Source of the DNA: a virus
Lineage: Duplodnaviria > Caudoviricetes
Strand: one strand, 5' to 3'
Length of the DNA stretch: 27,639 nucleotides
Virus record (IMG/VR): IMGVR_UViG_3300038974_000227
Coordinates: 1-27,639 of that record
Below, piece after piece: positions 1-8,110 of this stretch; the stretch's first letter is position 1; every line of letters begins with the position of its first letter. The notes beneath the pieces were generated by a model. That model was given only the letters and a program-made list of their open reading frames with translations, ran no database searches and had not been told where the DNA came from. The translations under genes were made by a program, and so were the position numbers.

Positions 1-2
1 AT

Positions 3-347
3 CTACACAAAGTTTCGTGTCAGGGTTTTTAAAAAGTTCTTCACTGAGTGGAATAATTTCGTTGTGCTCCGCACGTATTCGTTATTTCTATCATCCCTGA
101 TTCTCAGGAATTTAAACTTCATTATTGCGTGTATTTCCTCCGGTGTGTATCCGGTATGTTCGCTTAAAATCTCGTACACGACGCCCCACATATATCTATT
201 CTGCTGATCTGATCGCTTACTCTTTTCCTGTCTCAGAACGAGTTCAAAGCGCTTGCCTTCTAACTTGGAAAGGTGCACAAGGTATTTTGAGGGCATATCA
301 AATTTTAATTTACCTTGTGCGACCTTTCCGTGATGAATGATGTTCAT
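3..347 (-). CDS. NinB/Orf-like phage recombination-associated protein, C-terminus possibly disrupted
   Basis: KRSDQQNRYMWG...LSEHTGYTPEEIH...RSTTKL resembles NinB-like phage proteins; the tail after STTKL looks unrelated to the family. Confidence 0.55.
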   Translation of the reverse strand: MNIIHHGKVAQGKLKFDMPSKYLVHLSKLEGKRFELVLRQEKSKRSDQQNRYMWGVVYEILSEHTGYTPEEIHAIMKFKFLRIRDDRNNEYVRSTTKLFHSVKNFLKTLTRNFV

Positions 348-895
348 TTTTTTCCGCCTGCAATCTTCTTTAACTTCGGCTGTTCTTTAACTTCGATTTC
401 CCGCGCCACCATGAGATCGCACCATTCCTTATAGAATTCGTCCGCCCATGCCGGACAAGCGTAAGTCTGGAGCATTTGACCGTCTTTAAGCTCAGGCAGC
501 TCGTCGTTTTTGCCGATTATGCGCGGCATGTCTTCACCGGAAACAAAAATCAGGTCCATGCGGAAATTACATCGTTTGCATACATTCTCAAAAACTTCTT
601 CGTCGGGGCGGAGATAACAAGGCCGCGTAATCTGGTTTTCATCGAACAGTCCGGTTTGGAGTTCGTCAACAGACGTGGAAAACGTATCCGTGATTTTCTC
701 CAGATTAAAGGATATATCGGCTTTCAGTTTGTGATTTCCTGCTGCCGGTCCGGGATTAATGGTTAAGCCGAGACTGATTTTAAAGTCTTTTTCTCCGGCG
801 TTCAGGTATGCCAGGTTGATTTTTTCAATGTGCGTAAGCAGAGCATTGATTAAAAGCTGGCCGCCTGCCGTCAATGTCTTTTCTCCGATTTTCAT
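344..895 (-). CDS. hypothetical phage protein with Cys-containing C-terminal half
   Basis: ATG at 895 with AGGAGG RBS; stop overlaps start of next ORF. Confidence 0.7.
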   Translation of the reverse strand: MKIGEKTLTAGGQLLINALLTHIEKINLAYLNAGEKDFKISLGLTINPGPAAGNHKLKADISFNLEKITDTFSTSVDELQTGLFDENQITRPCYLRPDEEVFENVCKRCNFRMDLIFVSGEDMPRIIGKNDELPELKDGQMLQTYACPAWADEFYKEWCDLMVAREIEVKEQPKLKKIAGGKK

Positions 896-911
896 GTATT
901 TCCTCCTGTTT

Positions 912-1382
912 TTATTTATGTGCAAATTCTCCGAATAATTTTATCTCTGCGTTTCTATAAGCGATAGCCGCATCCTCTATTGATGAAAACGCTCCTATAT
1001 GTTTATGCTTACCTTCGTACTTAATAACAGCCCTCCATTTTCCTGATGATTTATGCCAACTGACGCCCTTGACGCCGCTTTTGCTGTTTGATTGTGCAGA
1101 GCTTCTATTCCTTTGATTTTCCTGATGTGTGCACAATCTAAGATTACTCCGTTGATTGTTAAGTCCGTTCCCGTCAATATGGTCAATATGAAGGTGCTCT
1201 GGAGGTTGCATAATAACTCTGTGCATATAATAAATTGTTGACTTTCCTTTTCTCTTTACTTTGTAAGCCGCGTAAAGATGATTACGTGATAACCGGGCAT
1301 ACCAATGAAGATGTTTTATGTTTTCAAAATCTTCATCATCAACCAATGCAACCTTTCCCTGAGTCAAAGGAATCTCTTTCAT
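912..1382 (-). CDS. HNH endonuclease with AP2 DNA-binding domain
   Basis: MKEIPLTQGKVALVDDED, MHRVIM, IDHIDGNGLNNQRSNLR (HNH), SGVKGVSW...KWRAVI...IGAF...EDAAIAY (AP2). Confidence 0.92.
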   Translation of the reverse strand: MKEIPLTQGKVALVDDEDFENIKHLHWYARLSRNHLYAAYKVKRKGKSTIYYMHRVIMQPPEHLHIDHIDGNGLNNQRSNLRLCTHQENQRNRSSAQSNSKSGVKGVSWHKSSGKWRAVIKYEGKHKHIGAFSSIEDAAIAYRNAEIKLFGEFAHK

Positions 1383-1390
1383 AATAACCT

Positions 1391-3736
1391 TTATTGAAAA
1401 TATGGATTTTTGCCTGGTTCAAAGACCAAACTGTTTTGCGCCAAAGTTCTGCACTCTGTTTTGTGCGATATAAAATATCCCTCTTTGAACCCGCCGAGTT
1501 TCATAAATCCTTGATACATATTAATAAAATTTACAGCATTGCCGGGATCAAGTGGGCCATCAATTTCATCTGCAAAAAATGTCTCAAAATTCTTTCCTGA
1601 TTTTTCCTTAGAAAGTAATGTCATAGCCAAACGCAAGGCCATCAAGCACCATATTTTCTGACCACCGGAAAGATTATCCAGGAGAATTTCTTCGCCGTCG
1701 TCGGATATAACGATGATATCCAAACATTCTTTCCCTTCGTCATTGATAGTGCGGAATTTCACGGTAAAGAGCGGACCAAACGCCTGAGTCAGAAGATCAT
1801 TCGCAAAAGCCGTAATGATCGGCGCGGCTCCATCAATTTCCATTGCCTGTAAACCGTTTTTCCCGCAGGCGTTTCGTAAGTATGTCCAGTCTGCAATATC
1901 TTGCTGAAGCCTTGACTTTTCGGCGTTGGCCGTTTGCAGTTCCTTCTCGACCGCGGCCATGGATGAAAGTTCGGCTTCCAGCTTCATAATGTTGGCGCGG
2001 GTTTCGTTGAGTTTTGTTTCGAGCACTAATAATTCGTTTGCGCTTTCAGAGATATCTTTGTTTATTAAAGAAATGCGAATGTCTATCTTGGTATCAATCT
2101 GCCTTTCGATATCCGAGAGCGAAGCCTGAGCGTCTTTAATGCTGCCGTCCAGATCGGCTTTGCGGTTTTCCCACTTGACTTTAAGTTCTTTGCCCTTTGT
2201 GGTGTTCTCTTCCATTTGCTTTGTAATCGATTCATATTGAGACTGAGCGACGGCAAGGGCGGTTTTCTTCCCGGCGAGTTCCTTGACTTTATTCAAGTCC
2301 ATTCTGGCAGTGGCAAGGTTTTTACGGTCCTCTGTATTTGTTTCAGTGCGGCCTTTTAAATTGTCCTTGCTCAATCTGAGCGCGTGTTCGTCGGAAGATA
2401 ATTGTTCCTCAATCTCCGCCGTTTCGCGCTCAATCTGTCCGGCGCGTTCTTGTTTCTGCCTGGAAAGATCGGCACATTCAGCCTCTAATTTGGGGAGTTC
2501 TTCTTTTGCTTTCAGCGCGGCGACAATAAAAGAGCACGTTGAGCTTTGACAATCTTTGTCCCGCACTTCGAGCGCGGATAATTGACCATTTCCCTGCTTA
2601 ATCATGTGAACGGTTTGAGCAATGGCGTGTTCAAGGCGCACCAGTTCGGCATCGTTGGCCAGTTCTTTTTTCTTCGCTCTTAAATCCTGCAACCGGCTTT
2701 CAATCTTATGAACCGTGTCCTGAATTTCCGCTATTTCGGCGGTCGTGAGATCAATCGTTTTTGTAAGCAGTTCAATCTTGTTGTTTATTTCGCTTTCTTT
2801 TCCCGCTGCCGAGTTTATTTCATCCGCCTGCGCGAGAAGGGCTTCATTCTCTTTGATCTTCCCCTGTAATTCTTTGTAGGCGTCCCGGAGCGCGTTCAGT
2901 TCGGCGTCGGAGTCTTTCTCTTCCCGCGCCAGCGTGTCTTGAAGTTCTTTTATCCTGGCTTCGATGTTCGCCTTCTGAGACAATAAAACTTCCTGCTTGG
3001 CTTTCTTATCGCGTAACTGTTCAAGTTCGGCCTGATATTCGACGCGCTTCTCTTTCAGTTCGTCCATGGCGCTTTCATGTTCGGCCAGCGTTCCTTTCTC
3101 CCGTGCCAGATTTTCCTTTGTCGTATCAATGCCGGTTTGCTTATAGCCGAGTGCCATAATCTGTTTGTCCACCTGCTCGATCTGTCCGGTGACGGCGGTT
3201 ATTTCATCCTTTGCAGTGGCTTCGTATTCGACGAGTTTATTGAGATTCAGGAATTCTGACAGCAGGGTTTTTAGTTCGCCCGTGGTCATGTCGGATAGCT
3301 TCGTGGCATTCTGAGCGCAAAATACTGAATGGAAGAACATATTCTCAGTGCCGAGCAGTTCGTTTATGTATTTGCTGTATTCCTTTATCTTCCCAGTCGT
3401 CTCCGATTTCGTGGCGTCATTCTTATAAATGAAGCCCTCTGATTTCCCGCTCTGGCAGTCGATCTTTAACAATGTCCGGTAGTGATTGCCGTTATACGAG
3501 AAGGAAAACTCTTTTTCGGAGTTCCTCATAAAAACGTGTTGATAAAGAGCGCCGGAACGTGAAGCCAGTGTTGAATAGGGATGAAGGTTTTCGAGGACGG
3601 TTGACTTCCCGGCACCGTTCATTCCGTCAAATGCGGTCAGTCCTGAGACTGTCGAGAAATCTATGGTTATTTCGTCGAGTCCCAATCCGCGCTTGATTCC
3701 GATAAAACCTTTAAGTCTTAATTTAAAATTGTTCAT
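1391..3736 (-). CDS. SbcC/Rad50-like SMC-family ATPase
   Basis: Walker A GMNGAGKST, long coiled coil with central Cys pair (CQSSTC), signature LSGGQ, Walker B FADEIDG, ISH. Confidence 0.92.
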   Translation of the reverse strand: MNNFKLRLKGFIGIKRGLGLDEITIDFSTVSGLTAFDGMNGAGKSTVLENLHPYSTLASRSGALYQHVFMRNSEKEFSFSYNGNHYRTLLKIDCQSGKSEGFIYKNDATKSETTGKIKEYSKYINELLGTENMFFHSVFCAQNATKLSDMTTGELKTLLSEFLNLNKLVEYEATAKDEITAVTGQIEQVDKQIMALGYKQTGIDTTKENLAREKGTLAEHESAMDELKEKRVEYQAELEQLRDKKAKQEVLLSQKANIEARIKELQDTLAREEKDSDAELNALRDAYKELQGKIKENEALLAQADEINSAAGKESEINNKIELLTKTIDLTTAEIAEIQDTVHKIESRLQDLRAKKKELANDAELVRLEHAIAQTVHMIKQGNGQLSALEVRDKDCQSSTCSFIVAALKAKEELPKLEAECADLSRQKQERAGQIERETAEIEEQLSSDEHALRLSKDNLKGRTETNTEDRKNLATARMDLNKVKELAGKKTALAVAQSQYESITKQMEENTTKGKELKVKWENRKADLDGSIKDAQASLSDIERQIDTKIDIRISLINKDISESANELLVLETKLNETRANIMKLEAELSSMAAVEKELQTANAEKSRLQQDIADWTYLRNACGKNGLQAMEIDGAAPIITAFANDLLTQAFGPLFTVKFRTINDEGKECLDIIVISDDGEEILLDNLSGGQKIWCLMALRLAMTLLSKEKSGKNFETFFADEIDGPLDPGNAVNFINMYQGFMKLGGFKEGYFISHKTECRTLAQNSLVFEPGKNPYFQ

Positions 3737-4914
3737 GCGGCCACCTGTTCCTTTCTTTCGCCAAACTCCAGAAGGTCGGCTTTCTGTAAAACGGATTCAG
3801 ATACGGTTTCACCCCTTAACTCCGCCATGGCCTTGATCTTGTCCCGGAGCGTGTTGACTTTCAGGACGGATTCAGAGCGAACCGTTTGCCGGGGTACGCG
3901 GATCAGGCGGATATCGGCGTCGAGGGCGCCACCGGAAATATAGAACTGTTTGATTTGCTCTTTGTCGATCTTCGCGGCGTCGTCTTGCCATACCGTAATA
4001 TCTGCGCGGACGTATGCGCCATTCAAATCTTCATTGCTGAACGAATAAAGGGCATAACCTAAATCATCAATACTCTTTGATGAAAGGCCATATTCATCTT
4101 TCTCTTCTTCTCTGGCATGGTTTTCGGCGACGCGAATTAACTTCTTTGTCGGCGTCTCGATAAAGCGGGATTCAACCAGTTTTTTCCCATCCAGTGTATG
4201 AATGTAAAAGCCCTTGCGCTCCATTTCGCCCCAATTCAGGGAATAGAGCGAACCGGAATAAAAGGCGCGATCTCCTATCTGCTGAGGCAAATGGATATGA
4301 CCTAGACAAATCAGGTCCGGCTCGGCCAACATCATTGAGTCATAGGGAATATCAATTTCATGCCCTACTAAGACTTGTCCGGTGGAAAGTTTAGAGCCTG
4401 CTACGTTCCAATGGCCCACCAGAATATGAGGCACGTCGGGATATTCTGACGCCCTGGCGCCCATGCCCATAAATAAGCCGTTCATGGCCTGCGTGATTTC
4501 AACATTCGATCCGGCGATATCGCTTTGCGTCTGGAAGAACTGTTTCGTCGGCTGAGGGATAAGGGAGACAATAACCTCATTTCTTATTTTGATCAGATCA
4601 GGCTTTGACGCGACAACTATTTTATGTGCGCCTTGAGCGTAATTGAGGATTTCCGGAGCGGTGCCGTCGTGTGAGGGAGTTCCTAAAACAATCAGGACAG
4701 GGCATTGATTTGCCAACTCTGATACTGTCTTGATAATCAGCTTCGCGCTCTGGCTGTCGAGCTTTATGTCGCGGGAATCAAAACAGTCTCCGGCGATTAC
4801 AGCCAGATCAACTTCTTCCTCAACTGCATTATCAAGCATGAAGCCTAAGCATTTCTCTATTTCCTCTATGTCCTTTTCTCGCGCATGAATATCTGCAAGG
4901 TGTAAAATTTTCAT
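3733..4914 (-). CDS. SbcD/Mre11-like metallophosphoesterase nuclease
   Basis: LHLADIH, IAGDCFD, GTPSHD, LVGH, LGHIH, YSGS motifs; ATGA overlap with SbcC-like gene. Confidence 0.92.
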   Translation of the reverse strand: MKILHLADIHAREKDIEEIEKCLGFMLDNAVEEEVDLAVIAGDCFDSRDIKLDSQSAKLIIKTVSELANQCPVLIVLGTPSHDGTAPEILNYAQGAHKIVVASKPDLIKIRNEVIVSLIPQPTKQFFQTQSDIAGSNVEITQAMNGLFMGMGARASEYPDVPHILVGHWNVAGSKLSTGQVLVGHEIDIPYDSMMLAEPDLICLGHIHLPQQIGDRAFYSGSLYSLNWGEMERKGFYIHTLDGKKLVESRFIETPTKKLIRVAENHAREEEKDEYGLSSKSIDDLGYALYSFSNEDLNGAYVRADITVWQDDAAKIDKEQIKQFYISGGALDADIRLIRVPRQTVRSESVLKVNTLRDKIKAMAELRGETVSESVLQKADLLEFGERKEQVAA

Positions 4915-4931
4915 CTCCCGGCCTCCAATAA

Positions 4932-6023
4932 TTAATAAGGTACGTCTTGTTTTGGTTCCGCTCCTTTGTCGGGCAGCGAAAGAAGGTGCTTAAAAATGTC
5001 CACCCGCTTTTCTTCCTTAAAGTCTGTCAGTTTGTTGCACTGGCATTTCTCCATATAGCCAACAAGGTCATAGCCTTTCTGAAATGCCATTTTTGTAAGC
5101 GTTACGCATTGGCTGGTTTCGTCGGAGTTATGGAAGTCAACAACGGCGGATTCTTCCGGTGCCGATTTTGTTTCGTCGCCATTGGTATTATTGGGCGGCT
5201 GTTTGTCGTCGTCCTCTTTGGCAATCGTGGTGATATCAATCGGTTCAGCCGCTTTTACATCTTGGGCGATTGCCGCGGGCCCGTATATGCCAGTCATGGC
5301 CTTAATAGAGGCGTCAACAAACTGCTTTTTTACTGTCGCATCCGTGAAGTCGGGACGAAAGACGATCCGCGCCATAACAAAAGGCTTTTCTAGCTCTTTG
5401 GTTGTGTAGGTTTGCTTTAACCCGAGCAACATCCGGAGAACGCGGTTCATAGCCCCGGCCTCACACAGCTTTAATTTGTTCTTCCGTTTCTGAAGCAGAT
5501 CGCGGTTGACGCAATACTCGACGTACTCAACCTTTTCTTTGTCTGTCGCTGCCCGCTGGCCGTTATCCTTCTTCAGATACTTGGCTTTCATTTCGTAATT
5601 GGTTTTCAGTTCTTCCGCGACAACTTCAAAATCCAGATCATATTCAGCCGAGAAAAAAACCGGCTGCCCGTCCGCTTTCTTGATTCCGCCAACGGCTCTA
5701 TAGGCGATATAGTTTCTGTCCGCGCCGTTATCAATGCGCCTGGATTCTGTAGGGGACCAGATCACGCCCGCGCATACGGACAACTTCATAAGCGCCTGCT
5801 TTGTCGGGCGCCATTTCTTGTTCGGGCCCGGTGCCGCATCGTCGTGTTGGTAAACATCCCCGTTATTGGGATCGGTTGAAAGTTGAACTGTTTCGATTAT
5901 CGGCTGATGGAATTCACTCAACCCCGCAATGTGCGTTGACGGCATGAGCAAATTCGCGCCCTGCTTTTTATACGTCTCTAACTGCGTGGAAATATCTTCC
6001 ACCTTTTTTTCTGCTGCTGTCAT
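4932..6023 (-). CDS. hypothetical protein, candidate recombination / ssDNA-annealing protein
   Basis: 363-aa ORF with AGGAGG RBS directly upstream of sbcDC-like pair; acidic linker and small C-terminal domain; function inferred from context only. Confidence 0.5.
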   Translation of the reverse strand: MTAAEKKVEDISTQLETYKKQGANLLMPSTHIAGLSEFHQPIIETVQLSTDPNNGDVYQHDDAAPGPNKKWRPTKQALMKLSVCAGVIWSPTESRRIDNGADRNYIAYRAVGGIKKADGQPVFFSAEYDLDFEVVAEELKTNYEMKAKYLKKDNGQRAATDKEKVEYVEYCVNRDLLQKRKNKLKLCEAGAMNRVLRMLLGLKQTYTTKELEKPFVMARIVFRPDFTDATVKKQFVDASIKAMTGIYGPAAIAQDVKAAEPIDITTIAKEDDDKQPPNNTNGDETKSAPEESAVVDFHNSDETSQCVTLTKMAFQKGYDLVGYMEKCQCNKLTDFKEEKRVDIFKHLLSLPDKGAEPKQDVPY

Positions 6024-6056
6024 TTTTCCGGCCCTCCTATTGTGTTGTTAAGTTAA

Positions 6057-6326
6057 TTAATTTATTCTCTCTAAAGTATTTTTAAAAATTCCGTGGCCTA
6101 TTTCTTTTGTTTCGATAGTCCATCCCATCGGCTTTAATTTTTCTCGCAAATCGCAAATCCTTTTTGTATGCGACAGAATTACTCTTTCGAGATTCATACT
6201 CAATTCCAATCCGGTTGCCGATCCCCTCAACAACCGCCGGTAGATAACGCCGCATTGAGATTCGGGACTGATGTTCAGTGCCGTTAAATCCGGCGGCGGA
6301 TTGAAATTAAGTTCGGCCTGTGTCAC
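6057..6326 (-). CDS. small winged-HTH-like protein
   Basis: IYRRLLRGSATGLEL...SHTKRICDLREKL...GWTIET pattern; GTG start with GGAGG RBS. Confidence 0.6.
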   Translation of the reverse strand: MTQAELNFNPPPDLTALNISPESQCGVIYRRLLRGSATGLELSMNLERVILSHTKRICDLREKLKPMGWTIETKEIGHGIFKNTLERIN

Positions 6327-6493
6327 TTCGCGACCTCCACCTTAACACTGTCCTTTACCGGCTCCGGCTTGTTCGCCAGCCCGATCAGCAAGAAGAACCC
6401 CACGATCACAACTAATCCGTAAATCACCAGAGCGTGGACTATCTGCGTGATAGTCGGTTGTTCGTATTTGTCTTCGTCTTCGTTTTCAAGCAT
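6323..6493 (-). CDS. 56-aa single-pass membrane protein (not in ORF track)
   Basis: GAGGAGG RBS, ATG 6493; MLENEDEDKYEQPTITQIVHALVIYGLVVIVGFFLLIGLANKPEPVKDSVKVEVAK; GTGA overlap with next gene. Confidence 0.7.
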   Translation of the reverse strand: MLENEDEDKYEQPTITQIVHALVIYGLVVIVGFFLLIGLANKPEPVKDSVKVEVAK

Positions 6494-6540
6494 GTTGGCC
6501 TCCTCATCTTGATACTATTAAAGAACTAAGTATATTTACT

Positions 6541-6614
6541 TTACAACTCGCTAATTTATATTTGTTTATTCGTTTCATTCGGAAAATGCCAACTTGGTAT
6601 ATTATGTGTTATAT
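6541..6614 (+). other. degenerate attC or attI-like left boundary of cassette array
   Basis: TTACAAC ... GTTATAT; core site 6608-6614 is the exact complement of ATATAAC at 6806-6812; interior AT-rich and weakly palindromic. Confidence 0.4.
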
Positions 6615-6800
6615 TTCCTCATGTAATATAGACAACGAAACGGTTTGCCATTTTGCTATTTCTTTATTTTCAAGGTGTTGTTTGAGTAGAGGGGGAATGC
6701 TTGACGTTGGAATTTCAATCAACACAGAAGTATTTTCAATATTACCGCCCATGTTGGCGGCTACTGCATAATTTGATATTGTAGCTATGATTTTAAGCAT
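6609..6800 (-). CDS. cassette ORF, 63-aa hypothetical protein
   Basis: GGGAGG RBS lies inside the attC at 6812-6817; TAA stop lies in the GTTA core site. Confidence 0.7.
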   Translation of the reverse strand: MLKIIATISNYAVAANMGGNIENTSVLIEIPTSSIPPLLKQHLENKEIAKWQTVSLSILHEEI

Positions 6801-6805
6801 AAAAA

Positions 6806-6860
6806 ATATAACCTCCCATTAGAGCGGATCGCTGCGCTACGGCTGATTTTTTCGTTATAT
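6806..6860 (+). mobile_element. attC-like recombination site 1 (55 bp)
   Basis: ATATAAC-CTCCC-ATTAGAGC-GGATCGCTGCGCTACG-GCTGATT-TTTTC-GTTATAT fits R''-L''-L'-R' geometry; shares 28/29 nt with site 2. Confidence 0.75.
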
Positions 6861-7040
6861 TTTAATTAAATGACAAGTTGTCTCGGACTTAATCCAAGGA
6901 GCGCCACCATGAAGACTCATAATATCAACGTAAGAGATGCTTTTATCTTCACTTTGCCGAACAACTATGCCAACACTCATCGGCACACGCTTATTATTCA
7001 CAAACACGGCAGTCTCTACTTTATCTCCAACGTCTATCAT
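6855..7040 (-). CDS. cassette ORF, 61-aa hypothetical protein (SH3/KOW-like pattern)
   Basis: MIDVGDKVE...VGIVV...; TAA stop lies in the GTTA of site 1. Confidence 0.65.
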   Translation of the reverse strand: MIDVGDKVETAVFVNNKRVPMSVGIVVRQSEDKSISYVDIMSLHGGAPWIKSETTCHLIKI

Positions 7041-7071
7041 TTTGTTTCATCTTTCTGCCCTGTTAAAAAAC

Positions 7072-7128
7072 ATACAACAAGGGCAATCCAGCCGATGCGC
7101 TGCGCTCCGGCTGATTTTTTCGTTATCC
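7072..7128 (+). mobile_element. attC-like recombination site 2 (57 bp)
   Basis: ATACAAC-AAGGGC-AATCCAGC-CGATGCGCTGCGCTCCG-GCTGATT-TTTTC-GTTATCC; L'' pairs with L' leaving one extra C, the canonical attC asymmetry. Confidence 0.85.
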
Positions 7129-7187
7129 CAATATCTGCCTTTAGATATATCGATCATGCTGACCTCCAAATTCCACTTATTGCGCTG

Positions 7188-7493
7188 TTATCTGTTAACC
7201 AACTTAAGCCAGTCTTGGAATCCTTTGTCTCCTAATGCGACACACAAAGCATTTAAAAGAATATCAGACAATTCATCCCATCCAATATCGATAGAACTTA
7301 AGTGATGTTTACGATAACTTGCTTTCACAGCCTCCAAAAGTATATTTTCACGGGTATTTATAGCGTGTTCATCACCCTTTTTAATGTAATCAGTATAAAG
7401 AACATAATCACCTTCTTTATCAGTCCACATTCTCAATTCATTACCATCACCCGTAAGGCTTGGTTTAATTTTAGGTGTCCATCGTTCAATCAT
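7188..7493 (-). CDS. cassette ORF, 101-aa hypothetical protein
   Basis: AAGGAG RBS; TAA stop lies in GTTATCTG (7187-7194), complement of CAGATAAC (7517-7524). Confidence 0.7.
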   Translation of the reverse strand: MIERWTPKIKPSLTGDGNELRMWTDKEGDYVLYTDYIKKGDEHAINTRENILLEAVKASYRKHHLSSIDIGWDELSDILLNALCVALGDKGFQDWLKLVNR

Positions 7494-7517
7494 TTTTCAT
7501 TCTCCTTTTAAGAAATC

Positions 7518-7575
7518 AGATAACCAGCTCACTACAGGCGACCGCTACCGCGTCGCCTAACTTCGGTCGTTATTT
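7518..7575 (+). mobile_element. attC-like recombination site 3 (58 bp)
   Basis: AGATAAC-CAGCTC-ACTACAGG-CGACCGCTACCGCGTCG-CCTAACT-TCGGTC-GTTATTT; inner stem AGGCGA/TCGCCT and CGC/GCG. Confidence 0.75.
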
Positions 7576-7761
7576 TCCTAATAATCTTAAAACCCACTTC
7601 GGCGGTGAATGTTTCTTGGGCCGATGAAACTTTGTGTTGGTGGATGTAAAATATATATCGGGACAGCCATACCAACCTAGATTACAGTCTGGGCAATAAG
7701 CATCTACGCTTTCCCCTTCGAGCGATCTTATAAAAGCATGAGTATGTTTACATTTTGTCAT
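7570..7761 (-). CDS. cassette ORF, 63-aa putative Zn-binding protein
   Basis: CKH...CPDC; AAGGA RBS; TAA stop lies in the GTTA of site 3. Confidence 0.65.
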   Translation of the reverse strand: MTKCKHTHAFIRSLEGESVDAYCPDCNLGWYGCPDIYFTSTNTKFHRPKKHSPPKWVLRLLGK

Positions 7762-7830
7762 TTTCGTTCCTTTCCTGGATGGTCTTTCGTTAAATGTTCT
7801 CCGTTATTTTTTTAGCCAATTTTGCATTAT

Positions 7831-7992
7831 TCATACACTCACCCACCTCATAATAATGTTCCATATCGCCAACGTAAAAAACCCCATCAGAAACCCCTTC
7901 CAGTGCCTCCCGATGAACCGGCAAATAGCGTCATCGACCTTGTGCTGGTTTATTTTTGTTACTGCCGTTGCGATTGTGTTGATCGGATTCAT
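7831..7992 (-). CDS. small membrane protein
   Basis: GGAGGG RBS, ATG 7992; C-terminal hydrophobic segment FLMGFFTLAIWNIIM. Confidence 0.6.
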   Translation of the reverse strand: MNPINTIATAVTKINQHKVDDAICRFIGRHWKGFLMGFFTLAIWNIIMRWVSV

Positions 7993-8014
7993 TTTCCCTC
8001 CGAGCTTTTTGTGT

Positions 8015-8040
8015 GGCAGGGGCAACCCCTCACCCCTGCC
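8015..8040 (-). terminator. GC-rich hairpin (possible terminator or processing site)
   Basis: GGCAGGGG/CCCCTGCC inverted repeat; no good U-tract on the minus strand. Confidence 0.3.
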
Positions 8041-8110
8041 TATTGGTTACGTATAGCTCGACCTCCTTTCTGGATTTGTTCAGCACTCTTAATTGCTGCG
8101 CTTCCGCAGG

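Noticed and set aside
6806-7575. CRISPR array or REP/terminator reading of the repeats
   Set aside because: Units are separated by 200-400 bp whole ORFs, diverge in sequence and have AAC...GTT box geometry; no cas genes; U-runs are on the non-coding strand.
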